From Candidatus Poribacteria bacterium (GTDB lineage: Bacteria > Poribacteria > WGA-4E > WGA-3G): DNA of 64,000 nt. Within the stretch, counting starts at the first letter, position 1. Every line of letters begins with the position of its first letter. The translations under genes and the position numbers were made by a program. The DNA is taken from NCBI GenBank assembly GCA_965205025.1, contig CBDBFU010000009.1, positions 1 to 64,000 of the forward strand. Reading direction: 5' to 3'. The notes under the pieces were generated by a model. It had not been told where the DNA came from and searched no databases. It saw only the letters and a program-made list of their open reading frames with translations. Of the stretch, positions 1 through 11,024 are shown piece after piece.

Positions 1-734
1 TGGATTTTCAGGATTATACCACTTGCAGTTTTTACAGAAACAGGTGATTGAACTTTACCTAATGTAGCAGAAACAACAGCAGAAGCAATCGAACCTGTTC
101 CACAAGCCAACGTTTCATCTTCGACTCCGCGTTCATAAGTCCGAATATCAATCTGTTGTGATGTGTGGATGCGTATAAAATTAGCATTTGTTCCCGCTGG
201 TTTATAATCGTCATGATATCGTGTTTGTTGTCCCAAATCAAATACATCCGTTCCTTCCAAATCATCCACAAAAAAGACAACATGTGGAACACCACTGTTT
301 GCAAACCCTACTTTATGTATACCATCTTTAAGACGAAGTGGAACATTAATCCGAATGTCTTCTGGATCACTCATACCTACCTTAACGTTGTCACCTACTA
401 TTTCAGATTCATAAATACCTGCGTTTGTAAGAAAACGCATCTTTTCAGATACAATACCATTCAAGTAAGCGAATTTAGAGATACACCTTGCACCATTCCC
501 GCAGGTCTCTACTTCACCTCCATCAGCATTAAAATATCGCATCCGAAAATCAACGTTATCTTCTGCTTCTACAAGTAGAATTCCATCGGCTCCTACTGAC
601 ATTCGACGTTGACATACTTGTGTAACAAAATTATCAAATGTAGAATCATTACAATCAAGTGTCTTATTTAGATTATTAATGATGACGAAGTCGTTCCCCG
701 CACCACTTAGTTTCATAAATGGAATTTTGTTCAT
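1..734 (-). CDS. dapF: Diaminopimelate epimerase (3' end runs off the window)
   Basis: Not in the ORF track. Manual translation from ATG at 734 gives MNKIPFMKLSGAGNDFVII...VGADG...FNADGGEVETCGNGARC...GVPHVV...GTNANF...RTYERGVEDETLACGTG, with both catalytic Cys motifs. Confidence 0.95.
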   Translation of the reverse strand, partial: MNKIPFMKLSGAGNDFVIINNLNKTLDCNDSTFDNFVTQVCQRRMSVGADGILLVEAEDNVDFRMRYFNADGGEVETCGNGARCISKFAYLNGIVSEKMRFLTNAGIYESEIVGDNVKVGMSDPEDIRINVPLRLKDGIHKVGFANSGVPHVVFFVDDLEGTDVFDLGQQTRYHDDYKPAGTNANFIRIHTSQQIDIRTYERGVEDETLACGTGSIASAVVSATLGKVQSPVSVKTASGIILKI

Positions 735-797
735 TCCTAATCCTCTCTATATCTGCAAAACTTATGATAAAATTATATAATACTTATGTCAAGGATT

Positions 798-1823
798 TCA
801 ATTTAGAATAGCTGATTCAGTGATATTATATGGAAATTCTCTAACACGATATGCATGTATTCGAAGCTCTTCTACAATATCTATGACTCCATCATAGGAA
901 TCACATGTTACCAAACGGGAACGGAATGGTTTTACATAAGGAATTCCTTTAAAGTAATTAGTATAATGTCTCCGCATTTCAAGTAATCCGCGTTTTAATC
1001 CTTTCCATTCAATTGAGAAATCAAGATGTTTCCGGTATACGCTAATACGTTCATCTATTGAAGGTGGATCAAGTAATTCTCCTGTAGAGAAATAGTGTTT
1101 AATTTCTTTAAAAATCCAGGGATATCCTATTGCAGCACGTCCAATCATAATACCATCAACACCATATTGCTTCCTCATTTCATCAGCTTTTTGTGGACTA
1201 TCTACATCACCATTACCAAATACAGGTATAGTCATTCTTGGATTTTCCTTGATTTTTCCTATAAGGGACCAATCCGCTTCCCCTTTATACATCTGTTTCC
1301 GTGTTCTACCATGAATTGCTATAGCTTGAATCCCTACATCCTGTAATCTTTCTGCCACATCAACAATGTATTTTGTATTTTCATCCCATCCCAAACGGGT
1401 CTTTACAGTAATTGGTAAATCTGTTGTCTTAACCATTTCAGCAGTCATCTCGACCATTTTTGGTATGTCTTTTAAGATACCTGCCCCAGCACCTTTACAT
1501 GTCACTTTTTTTACAGGACATCCGTAGTTTATGTCAATAATATCGGGTTGAACGCGCTCGGTAATTTCAACAGTTTCACGCATCACATCAATATCGTGTC
1601 CGAAAATTTGAATACCGATCGGTTTTTCGTATTCAAAAATATCTAACTTTGCAACACTTTGAGCAGCATCCCGTATGAGTGCTTCTGATGATATAAATTC
1701 TGTATACATCAGATCTGCACCGTTTTCTTTACAAACTACTCGAAATGGAGGGTCACTCACATCTTCCATAGGAGCGAGCAGTAAAGGAAAATTCGGAATA
1801 TTCAAGTTACCTATCGATACCAT
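798..1823 (-). CDS. dusB: tRNA-dihydrouridine synthase B
   Basis: LAPMEDV, DINYGCP, VKTRLGW, IHGRT, GNGDV and MIGRAAIGYPW motifs. Confidence 0.93.
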   Translation of the reverse strand: MVSIGNLNIPNFPLLLAPMEDVSDPPFRVVCKENGADLMYTEFISSEALIRDAAQSVAKLDIFEYEKPIGIQIFGHDIDVMRETVEITERVQPDIIDINYGCPVKKVTCKGAGAGILKDIPKMVEMTAEMVKTTDLPITVKTRLGWDENTKYIVDVAERLQDVGIQAIAIHGRTRKQMYKGEADWSLIGKIKENPRMTIPVFGNGDVDSPQKADEMRKQYGVDGIMIGRAAIGYPWIFKEIKHYFSTGELLDPPSIDERISVYRKHLDFSIEWKGLKRGLLEMRRHYTNYFKGIPYVKPFRSRLVTCDSYDGVIDIVEELRIHAYRVREFPYNITESAILN

Positions 1824-2102
1824 GAAATAGTGATCCTTATGTTAAAATTATCTTAAAAAAAATATGACAACTAATTCTCATCCAATCTTGTGTTCCCTAA
1901 CAATTCTATTGGTGTGTCAAGAGGTGAATTTCAGATATAAAAAATGTGTAATAATGCGTCTTATTATACCTTGATTTAACGGTATTGTCAAGCAAGCAAG
2001 ATGTGCAAAATTCTGACTCATCCTTGACATATTCTTAATTCCGTGATACATCTATAGATATTACAGAAAAATTTATTCTATACAACCTATAGTGAGGTAT
2101 TT

Positions 2103-2819
2103 ATGAGATGTATTTTTGTTGGAATTGAATATGCTGGAAAATCAACTCTTATTAATTTGCTAACCGATTATTATCGACACCGTAAATTGAGTGTCCATGT
2201 AGATGATCATTTTACTATACCTGATTCAACCTTAAGTCCTGAATCAAGATCTGCCTATATAGACTTCCCAAATGATGTCAAAGAGCGGATGCAGCGGATG
2301 CAGATCCAATATCATGTTGAAGTAATTAAAAACTACCCAAACACTTTGATAGCTGGTTGGCATATTGAGGAATTAGTATATAGTACTGTATATGGTGACA
2401 ATCCGGATAGTCCATATTACAGCAACTATCACCATCGAGCACAACGTGGGTATGAAACTCAGGTGATGGAGGCACGATTACCAGATGTTGTTATGATTCA
2501 CGTGAAAGCAAGTGATGAGCTGATTAAAGAACGAATGAAATCTGAACCGCATGAGTATCAGATTATAAATGCAGAGGATATACCAAGACTTAATGAACTA
2601 TTTCAGGAAGAAATAGATAAGTCTTTGTTTACACACAAAGGTAGCAAGATAGAGTTAGATACAACTGACAAAACACCTACAGAATCACTTGATGAATTAT
2701 TAAAATTGACCGAACCACATATCACATTTGGTGAATTAGCAATTCGGTCAATAGATGTTCCTGAAGGTGAATATGAAGTTTCCTATGAAAATGGTGTTCG
2801 GAAAATGAACCCCGTTTAG
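2103..2819 (+). CDS. P-loop NTPase, nucleoside/nucleotide-kinase-like, substrate unknown
   Basis: N-terminal Walker A GIEYAGKST; kinase-like segments VMIHVKAS..I.ER and IELDT. Confidence 0.65.
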   Translation: MRCIFVGIEYAGKSTLINLLTDYYRHRKLSVHVDDHFTIPDSTLSPESRSAYIDFPNDVKERMQRMQIQYHVEVIKNYPNTLIAGWHIEELVYSTVYGDNPDSPYYSNYHHRAQRGYETQVMEARLPDVVMIHVKASDELIKERMKSEPHEYQIINAEDIPRLNELFQEEIDKSLFTHKGSKIELDTTDKTPTESLDELLKLTEPHITFGELAIRSIDVPEGEYEVSYENGVRKMNPV

Positions 2820-3895
2820 ATATTGCGACTTAAAGGATGTTCTCGATTCTCAATTGGGAACTGAACACGTTGACCCGTAAGTTGTGATTCATAGGTACCC
2901 AAAATCATCTCCAAAGCAGCGACAGCATCTTCAGCAGATGAGATAGGTTTTCTATCGTTCTCAATAGAATCAATCAGGTCAAGAATTGCCAATTCGTTTC
3001 CTTGTGAGAATGGAGTATCATCAAGATCAATTGCTTCCCATTCTTGTGCTGGATTGGAAGGAAGTAATACTGGATAAGGGTAGACCATAAGACGATTTGC
3101 GACATCACCACGTAAGGAGAATATTCCTTCGCTCCCAACTATTTCCATGCCATATCTACCCGATCCAGCCTGATCTCTCCGAGATAGGAAAAAACCTGAT
3201 ACTCCACTTTTGAAGGCATAGTAGCTATTGATTGTATCCCCAGCTACAGGACCAACAGGTTCAGTAGGTTTATGGTCATCCCCATTTTTTACTTCAACAC
3301 CACTGTTGGTTACATGTGCCTGCATCCAATCTACATCTCCAACAAAAAAACGCATCATATTAAAGGTGTGTGTACCGAGAACAATCATATCCTCTCCGCC
3401 ACCGCGATGGTCTTGTTTTCCACTGGCATATATTGCTTGTATTGTTCCAATCTTACCATCATTTAGCATTTGCCTGATGGCATGTGTTGCCGGTAGGTAA
3501 ACTGCTTGATGTGCTACTGCAACTTTTAATCCATGCTTATTTGCAGTCTCAACGATGATATCACCATCTGCGAGTGACATCGTCATCGGTTTTTCACAAT
3601 ACACACTACATCCTGCTTCAAGACATGCAGTCACCATATCGACATGTTCAGGTACCCAACGTGGACACACACTTATCAGATCTAATGTCTCTTTTTCTAA
3701 CATATCACGGTAGTCTGCGTAACTTCGTACTGCCCCGGTATCCTCTACAGCCTTAGCTCTACCAGCTTCATCAGCGTCAGAAACTGCGATGAATTCTACA
3801 TTTTCAATATTCTTATATGCAGTATGAAGAGCGTGTCCAAAGTTTCCTGCACCTGTATGACCAATCGCTGCAGCCCTATATAACTTATCACTCAT
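2816..3895 (-). CDS. Gfo/Idh/MocA family oxidoreductase
   Basis: Rossmann N-terminus, YCEKPM motif, LGTH, C-terminal alpha/beta domain. Confidence 0.9.
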   Translation of the reverse strand: MSDKLYRAAAIGHTGAGNFGHALHTAYKNIENVEFIAVSDADEAGRAKAVEDTGAVRSYADYRDMLEKETLDLISVCPRWVPEHVDMVTACLEAGCSVYCEKPMTMSLADGDIIVETANKHGLKVAVAHQAVYLPATHAIRQMLNDGKIGTIQAIYASGKQDHRGGGEDMIVLGTHTFNMMRFFVGDVDWMQAHVTNSGVEVKNGDDHKPTEPVGPVAGDTINSYYAFKSGVSGFFLSRRDQAGSGRYGMEIVGSEGIFSLRGDVANRLMVYPYPVLLPSNPAQEWEAIDLDDTPFSQGNELAILDLIDSIENDRKPISSAEDAVAALEMILGTYESQLTGQRVQFPIENREHPLSRNI

Positions 3896-3945
3896 ATTTA
3901 ATTCCTTTTCAGTAAGTTTGTAAAATAAACTGATTACTTTAGTAT

Positions 3946-5220
3946 CTATAGATTTATCAAATATATCAGTATCCCCATTAATGGGATTAAGAAAATCAAC
4001 ACTTTTACTTCAAGCAAACACTTTCTATATCTTTGTATTGGTGGTTTCATCTTTTCAGCGTTTTCCAAGAATCGTATTCGACGTTCTATTGATGGGTGTG
4101 TATTGAATAATTCAATCACGTAACGTAGTGGTCTTGGTAGATTACTCATCAGACTAAGATTGAGTAGGGCAGATTTAAAGGCATCTGGATTATTTGTTAG
4201 TTCAATTGCATATAAATCAGCTTGATGTTCGAACCGTCTCGACAAAAAGCTTAAAACAACTTTGAAGTAAAATACAAAAAAGATGATATGTATAACAGTT
4301 ATTAGTAATTGATAACCCGGTAATAGCGATTCAAGAGGATCAGCAATTAATTGTATAAACAAGGTATAGCTCAATATATAAACTACCATGATTATACAAA
4401 AGATGGGGAGATGTCTGTGTCGAATATGACCAATTTCATGTGCAACAACCGTTTCTACCTGATCATCAGTAAAGTTGCGAAGGAGTGCATCTGTAATGAA
4501 AATCCTGCGATTTCCTGGAATTATCCCTGCAACTGCAGCATTTGCTATTGATAACCCTCCTGTTTCCCATACTGCTACATCTCTATACTTAATACCACTT
4601 TCTTCTGTTAATTCCATCAACTTCTGTTTTAATTCAATATTTCTCAACGGAACCGTCTTCCATAAAAACTGCATCAACAAGGGGGCAATGATGTGAGGTA
4701 GTGCAAGTAAAGGGATAATAAGAGCAATTAATAATATACCTCCAACAATAGTCGGAAACAGACTAAGGACATCTAAAACTATATTGATAATTATAAAAGG
4801 GATTAAGGGAAGTAGTAATAATCTAAAACGAAAGTTAAGATATTCTCTTCGTGTTCTGGATACATCATGCATGACTGCATGGATTCCAAGTAACCCGATA
4901 AAGAAAGGGGTAATTAATAATATCTCAATTGAGTTTTGTACAAAGTATAATATTGTAAGATGTTTGTAAAAATAGTCTGGAAAACGTAATAGATATATAG
5001 CAGATACAAAACTAATAAGACAGAGTATTTCAAACAGGATCGTAGTACGGAATTCAGTAAATCTTCTTGTTAAATATGCTAACAATATCGGTACAACAGA
5101 AATGACACCTGTCCATACTATAGTGATAATAGTTGAATTTACTATTACAGATTCGACGGGTTCATAACGAATCAGAAAAATTAATCCTGCTAATAATATG
5201 ATACTTGTTTGTGCCATCAA
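3946..5220 (-). CDS. M48 family membrane zinc metallopeptidase (Ste24/HtpX-like)
   Basis: Multiple TM helices, ANAAV.G, AHEIGH zinc motif, EHQAD, THPSIERRI. Confidence 0.9.
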   Translation of the reverse strand: MMAQTSIILLAGLIFLIRYEPVESVIVNSTIITIVWTGVISVVPILLAYLTRRFTEFRTTILFEILCLISFVSAIYLLRFPDYFYKHLTILYFVQNSIEILLITPFFIGLLGIHAVMHDVSRTRREYLNFRFRLLLLPLIPFIIINIVLDVLSLFPTIVGGILLIALIIPLLALPHIIAPLLMQFLWKTVPLRNIELKQKLMELTEESGIKYRDVAVWETGGLSIANAAVAGIIPGNRRIFITDALLRNFTDDQVETVVAHEIGHIRHRHLPIFCIIMVVYILSYTLFIQLIADPLESLLPGYQLLITVIHIIFFVFYFKVVLSFLSRRFEHQADLYAIELTNNPDAFKSALLNLSLMSNLPRPLRYVIELFNTHPSIERRIRFLENAEKMKPPIQRYRKCLLEVKVLIFLIPLMGILIYLINL

Positions 5221-5265
5221 TTAGAAGAGAATCCTTAATCAGAAATTATAGTAATAGATATAAAC

Positions 5266-5553
5266 CTAATCACTAATAGCATCAGCAGATTCAGCAAATT
5301 TGAAGTCTAATTCAGTAATACCATCTGCATCGTGTGTACTCATGTCAATTGTTACTCTATTGTAAACATTAAACCATTCAGGATGATGATTCATAGATTC
5401 AGCTACTAAAGCAAGTTGTGTCATAAAACCGAATGCTGAAATAAAATCCTTAAATTGAAATTCTTTATGAAGTTTTCCATCTTCTATAGTCCATCCGTTC
5501 AATTCGTCTAATTTCTTCTGGATTTCAGAATCTGACAGTTTCTGACGTGTCAT
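5266..5553 (-). CDS. phhB: Pterin-4-alpha-carbinolamine dehydratase
   Basis: [36 protein letters not shown]. Confidence 0.92.
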   Translation of the reverse strand: MTRQKLSDSEIQKKLDELNGWTIEDGKLHKEFQFKDFISAFGFMTQLALVAESMNHHPEWFNVYNRVTIDMSTHDADGITELDFKFAESADAISD

Positions 5554-5677
5554 TGTCTATCTCCCATTTAGTAAGTTGGATAATTTAGTGGAATATCTAT
5601 TTAGATTACGTTAAAATTGTATTAGAAATTAGGGATTATATCAAGCAAAAACAAAGGTGAATTGAAAGGAGAAATGA

Positions 5678-6904
5678 ATGGCTCTTGCAACAACGTTATA
5701 TTTTCCAGAGGTAGGTCCCCAATGGGAAGATTGGGTACAGGTAATAAATGTCGGTACAGAAGAGGCACGAGTTACTGGTATAGCAAGACATGCTGGTAAT
5801 GGTCAACCTACTTGGACTGAAGAAAAGGAGATCGGTCCATTTGAATGTTGGACACCAAATGTGGAAGCTATTAAACAGAATTCATCTATGGAGTTGACAT
5901 CCGATCAACCTATAGTTGCCGAAAGGCATATGCATAACAAAACCAACATCCTTGATTTTGTAGGAGCGGCGTTTGAATATGAAACTGTCGGGGAAAGACT
6001 TTTCTTTCCTGAATTGGTAGCAGGAGCATTAGATTGGTTCCGATTTTTTAATGTTGGTGAAGCAGATGCATTCGTTAATATTATCATAAGAAATAGACAA
6101 GGGGATATAATTAGACAACGCCACCACGAGATAGAACCCCTATGTTGTTGGGATATTGCCGAAGGACAGATGGGGAACGTTACAGGAACAGTTGAAGTAC
6201 AGAGTTCTCAACCCATCGTTGGTGAACGTCATTTACATTATCAAGGTGGTAAGACATGTGTAGGACAATATGGACAAGTGATTTCTGATGCTCCAAAAAC
6301 ATTATACTTTCCTGAAGTAGGACCAGCATGGCAAGATTGGTCAATAATTGTTAATGTTGGAAAAGAACGGGCAAGAGTAACATTGATAGCACATGAAGAT
6401 GGCACTGGTGAACCTGTAACTACCATGGAACATGAGTTGAATCCTTTTGAATGCTGGACACCGAGAATGGAAGACATAAAGATAAAATCTTCCATCATAA
6501 TCCGGTGTGATCAACCTATTGTTGCTGAACGACACATGCATAATGACACTGCAGTTATTGACCTACCTGGGGCTTCTGAGGAAGGTGGACATGTTGGACT
6601 TCGGTTATTCTTCCCAGAGGTTGCAAGTGGTGCCAAAGATTGGTTCCGGTTTCTAAACGTTGGAGAAGTTGATGCCTTTGTAACTATCATTGTACGAAAC
6701 AAAAAAGGAGATATTCAAAGACAGTTACATCGAGAAATTAAACCACGGTGTTGTGCTGATGTAGATGAAGCTGCGATGGGAAATATACGTGGTACTGTAG
6801 AGGCAAAAAGTACACAACCGATTGTGGGAGAGAGACATTTACACTATCAATCTGGACACAAAGGTGCTGTTGTTGGTGAATATGGTGTTGTTATAGGTGA
6901 ATAA
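5678..6904 (+). CDS. Hypothetical protein of four ~100-aa beta-rich repeats in ABAB order (possibly DUF5719-like)
   Basis: Each repeat has L(Y/F)FPE...DW...NVG...P..C...QPIV(A/G)ERH(M/L)H; strong RBS AAGGAG. Confidence 0.8.
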   Translation: MALATTLYFPEVGPQWEDWVQVINVGTEEARVTGIARHAGNGQPTWTEEKEIGPFECWTPNVEAIKQNSSMELTSDQPIVAERHMHNKTNILDFVGAAFEYETVGERLFFPELVAGALDWFRFFNVGEADAFVNIIIRNRQGDIIRQRHHEIEPLCCWDIAEGQMGNVTGTVEVQSSQPIVGERHLHYQGGKTCVGQYGQVISDAPKTLYFPEVGPAWQDWSIIVNVGKERARVTLIAHEDGTGEPVTTMEHELNPFECWTPRMEDIKIKSSIIIRCDQPIVAERHMHNDTAVIDLPGASEEGGHVGLRLFFPEVASGAKDWFRFLNVGEVDAFVTIIVRNKKGDIQRQLHREIKPRCCADVDEAAMGNIRGTVEAKSTQPIVGERHLHYQSGHKGAVVGEYGVVIGE

Positions 6905-6999
6905 AGTACGGCAGGAATACAAACGGTAGATAAGTCTGAAGCAACTGATATTAAAAGAAGAAGTAGAATTGGACGACTTTCTTGAAGGGAAGTATACGA

Positions 7000-7746
7000 A
7001 TGAATCTAAAGAATAAGATAGCAATTGTTACTGGAGCAGGACAAGGGATAGGAAAAGCTATTGCATTAAGACTTGCGAATGCAGGCGCGGATATTGCTAT
7101 CTTTGATCTAAACTTATCTTCTGCACAAAGTGTAGTAGATGAGATTTGTCAAATCGGAAGACATGCCATTCCAATTGAAACTGATGTATCAGACTTCACA
7201 GATGTGAATAATGCTGTTGAGAAAGTTCTTAAAGAATTTACCCGCGTTGATATTCTTGTTAATAATGCAGGAATTGCTGGTAGGACATTACCATTGACAG
7301 ATCTTGATGAATCTGATTGGAATCAAGTAATTGGTGTCAACCTAACAGGTGTGTTCCTCTGTTGTAAAGCTGTAATAGACACTATGATTGCTCAAGATTA
7401 TGGTAGAATTGTCAATATAGCATCAATTGCTGGTAAGGAAGGCAATCCCACATTGATTCCATATTCCGTTTCTAAAGCCGGTGTTATATGTCTTACAAAA
7501 GCATTAGCAAAAGAACTCACAGATTACAATATCCGAGTAAATGCAGTGTCTCCAGCAGTTATTGGAACACCGATTTTGGACGGAATGGCACAGTCAACAA
7601 TTGATTATATGGTTAGTAAGATTCCTTTAGGTCGGGTTGGAAAACCTGAAGAAGTTGCTGCAGTAGTCAATTTTTTAGCATCTGATGAAGCAAGTTTTGT
7701 TACTGGACAGTGTTATGATGTGAGTGGAGGACGGGCAACCTATTGA
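7000..7746 (+). CDS. SDR family oxidoreductase (FabG-like)
   Basis: TGAGQGIG, NNAG, YSVSK catalytic motif; start moved to ATG 7000. Confidence 0.9.
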   Translation: MNLKNKIAIVTGAGQGIGKAIALRLANAGADIAIFDLNLSSAQSVVDEICQIGRHAIPIETDVSDFTDVNNAVEKVLKEFTRVDILVNNAGIAGRTLPLTDLDESDWNQVIGVNLTGVFLCCKAVIDTMIAQDYGRIVNIASIAGKEGNPTLIPYSVSKAGVICLTKALAKELTDYNIRVNAVSPAVIGTPILDGMAQSTIDYMVSKIPLGRVGKPEEVAAVVNFLASDEASFVTGQCYDVSGGRATY

Positions 7747-7807
7747 TGGTTTCACACAACCAATTAGCGACCCTATGCATTGAATCTTGTTATGAATACA
7801 TCTTACG

Positions 7808-9202
7808 TTACTCTGCAATACAATACAGATATTGACTACCTCGTAAATACAATTCTGAACCGACAATTACTGGAGAAGCATTAAAACTATCATCAAGAAT
7901 ATTAGTAGCCAATTTTTCATAAGTGGATCCCTGTTTTATTACTGCAACAGTACCATTTCGACTTGCAACATAAAAACGATCTTCTGCACCAACGATTGAT
8001 GAATAAACATTAGATATACCTTGAATTCGTACAGGTCCATATAATACCTTACCACTATGTCTATCTAATGCAGTTAGTATATTATCGTTCCTTTTCAAGA
8101 AATAAATGATGCCATTACTTATAAGGGGTGAAGGCACATAAGGGGTGTCTTGATTATATTGCCATTCAACAGCATCAGATTCAGTTATGTCTCCCTCTGC
8201 CAAATCAAGATTAATTGACTGGAATGAACTTCCGCCATGTCCACTTACAACATAGATGTGTCCATCCATATATATTGGAGATGGAATTACATTTCGTGTC
8301 AATCCACCACACTCCCATACCAACTCTCCATTACTTAGATTGTAACTTCGAGTACGATTAGACGCGGGTACAATCACTTGAGATATGCCATTATAATCTA
8401 CCACAATAGGTGATGTCCAAGTTGTTGGTTCATCTCTATATTCTTTCCACAACTCATCACCTGTTCGTTTATCCAATGCTACAATAAAGGATTGACCTTC
8501 ATGATCCTGAAGGATAACAATGGTATTCCCATGAATAATAGGACAACTACCCTCTCCAAAGGCATTCCTTTTCCTCATTATTCCAATGTCTTTCTCCCAC
8601 TTTAAATTCCCGTTCATGTCTAAGCAGTAGAGACCACGAGAACCAAAATAGGCATAAATATGTTCCCCATCTGTTATCGGTGAATTTGAAGCAAAACTTG
8701 CATCACCATGTATTCCTTCATGTGGAGTAATTTCTCGTAATGTCTTTTGCCAAATTTCACTACCATCACTTCGATTGAGGGCAATTAAGACATACTTAAA
8801 TTTCTGTAATGATCTATTTCTATTCCCTCTACGACCACGTCTTCTACCTGAACGTGATCCTTCTAATTGAGTTTCCTCATCTGAGTTCTCATTATTTGTT
8901 ATCTCACTTGGAATTGCAGTCTGGATGAAGATCTTGTCTTCCCAAATAATTGGGGTCGCATGACCAAATCCTGGGATCTGTACTTTCCAACGAATGTTTT
9001 CAGATTCACTCCAACTAATCGGAGGATTTGAATTCGATGCATTTCCGTTTATATGTGGTCCTCGCCAGTGATGCCAATTTTTCTCAATATTATTGGATAA
9101 ATTATCCAAGTCAGAATGATTATCTGATAAAACACATGATGAGAATATTGTGAAAATCACTAAGGAACTCAGCAATAGTATATTAGTCAGGAATTTATTC
9201 AT
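7808..9202 (-). CDS. Secreted PQQ-like beta-propeller repeat protein
   Basis: Signal peptide, WHHWRGP, ENIRWKV, ASNSPITDGE, PYVPSP, FNASPV..LYLRG..LYCI; start likely MNKF at 9202. Confidence 0.85.
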   Translation of the reverse strand: MNKFLTNILLLSSLVIFTIFSSCVLSDNHSDLDNLSNNIEKNWHHWRGPHINGNASNSNPPISWSESENIRWKVQIPGFGHATPIIWEDKIFIQTAIPSEITNNENSDEETQLEGSRSGRRRGRRGNRNRSLQKFKYVLIALNRSDGSEIWQKTLREITPHEGIHGDASFASNSPITDGEHIYAYFGSRGLYCLDMNGNLKWEKDIGIMRKRNAFGEGSCPIIHGNTIVILQDHEGQSFIVALDKRTGDELWKEYRDEPTTWTSPIVVDYNGISQVIVPASNRTRSYNLSNGELVWECGGLTRNVIPSPIYMDGHIYVVSGHGGSSFQSINLDLAEGDITESDAVEWQYNQDTPYVPSPLISNGIIYFLKRNDNILTALDRHSGKVLYGPVRIQGISNVYSSIVGAEDRFYVASRNGTVAVIKQGSTYEKLATNILDDSFNASPVIVGSELYLRGSQYLYCIAE

Positions 9203-9445
9203 AGATTTACTTCCTAAATATATTTGGGGATCTGGTGTTACACAAAATCGATATTTCTCCATTGGATATCCCCATGAGAAAATACCCTTGTTGCCACGAA
9301 AACTGAGATAACAAATTATTTAAATTCTTAGTAATACTTATAAAGCTACAAATTTCACAAAGTCTATCTATAAAAATACATGAATGCAGTATTCTTTCAA
9401 TAGTAAAATCTTGTGTAAATAAATAGGAATTAGACGAATCAACTA

Positions 9446-10849
9446 TCATTCTGCGATGCAATAGAGATTTTGAGAACCACGAAGATATAATTCTGAACCA
9501 ACAATCGCTGGGGATGCATTGAAACTATCTTTTAAATTATTCTCAGCAATAATTTCATAATCAGGACCGTGTTTTACAACTACTACATTTCCATCTCTGC
9601 TGGCAATATAAACCTTGTTCCCTGCAGCAACAATTGAAGAATATACCATCTGTATATTCGGTAGTCTCATCGGTCCATAATGAACGGAGCCAGTATTACT
9701 ATCAATAGCAGTTAAGACACCTTTATTCCCACTTAGAAAATATATTACATCATCATGTAATAACGGTGATGGCACATAAGGTGTATCTTCATGGTATTCC
9801 CAGGCAATTGCTTCATCTGAATTGGATATATCACCTTTTGCATGTGCAAGATTTATAGCCTGTAATGCAGCTCCACGGAATCCACTGATAAGATAGACAA
9901 TTCCATTGTCTGCAACTGGTGTAGGTACAACATTCCGTGTCATCCCACTACATTCCCATATCACATCACCGTTTTCAAGATCATAACCGCGTGATCTATT
10001 TGTAGCTGCAACAATTACTTGTGGTTTTCCATCTTCTTCAACAATAATTGGTGTTGTCCAAGTTGTACGTTCATCTCTATCAACTCTCCATAATTCATCA
10101 CCTGTTCTCTTATCCAGTGCGACTATGAATGATTGATCCTCATGGTCCTGTAGAATCACAATTGTATTCCCGTGTATGATGGGACAACTTCCTTCACCAA
10201 AAGTGCCACTCTTACGCATCAGACCAATATCTTTCTCCCAAATTAGCTCTCCATCCATATCTAAACAATATAGACCCCGTGAGCCGAAATATGCAAAAAT
10301 ATGTTCCCCATCTGTAATTGGAGAATTGGAAGCAAAACTTGCAGTGTTATGTATACCTTCATGTGGAGCAATCTCACGGAGTGTTTTTTGCCAAATGACA
10401 TCTCCATTACTTCTATCATAGGCAATCAAATCAAACCTATAATTCGGTTGGGGAGTATTATTCCTTCTACCACGTCGTCTTCCACGACGAGATTCCTCAG
10501 GTGGATTCTCAACTTCTCCATTCTCTTGTTGTGGTGTTTCAGGCATTTCACCACGAATTGCCGTTTGTATAAAAATCCTATCTTTCCAGACGATAGGAGT
10601 AGCATGTCCCATACCTGGTATCGGAACTTTCCACCTTATATTTTCAGTCTCACTCCAAGTCGTAGGTGGATTAGCATCAACAGCAACACCAGTGGCAAAA
10701 GGTCCACGCCATTGAGGCCAGTACTTTTCAAGATTAATATCACCTGTTGTTTCTGCTCCATGATGATCAGCATTTGTACTTAATGTGATTATACCCAAAA
10801 GCACAGCCATACAGATACAAAGTGAACGCATTCCAATTGTTTTTAACAT
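9446..10849 (-). CDS. Secreted PQQ-like beta-propeller repeat protein (tandem paralog)
   Basis: Signal peptide, WPQWRGP and the same motifs as the adjacent gene. Confidence 0.88.
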   Translation of the reverse strand: MLKTIGMRSLCICMAVLLGIITLSTNADHHGAETTGDINLEKYWPQWRGPFATGVAVDANPPTTWSETENIRWKVPIPGMGHATPIVWKDRIFIQTAIRGEMPETPQQENGEVENPPEESRRGRRRGRRNNTPQPNYRFDLIAYDRSNGDVIWQKTLREIAPHEGIHNTASFASNSPITDGEHIFAYFGSRGLYCLDMDGELIWEKDIGLMRKSGTFGEGSCPIIHGNTIVILQDHEDQSFIVALDKRTGDELWRVDRDERTTWTTPIIVEEDGKPQVIVAATNRSRGYDLENGDVIWECSGMTRNVVPTPVADNGIVYLISGFRGAALQAINLAHAKGDISNSDEAIAWEYHEDTPYVPSPLLHDDVIYFLSGNKGVLTAIDSNTGSVHYGPMRLPNIQMVYSSIVAAGNKVYIASRDGNVVVVKHGPDYEIIAENNLKDSFNASPAIVGSELYLRGSQNLYCIAE

Positions 10850-11024
10850 CTTAATACCTCTATTATTAGTCTTCTAATATCTTCATATTGTAAATATAGA
10901 ATTCCATCAAATTGATTTATGAACAAAAATAAAAATATGCTCCACTTATTTTTAACACTCAATAAGTTTAACTACACATTTCAGAATAATGATAATGCAA
11001 TTGACTGATATAAAGAAATTCTGT

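Noticed and set aside
59-578. ORF-track calls 59-304 and 165-578
   Set aside because: They overlap the real dapF frame
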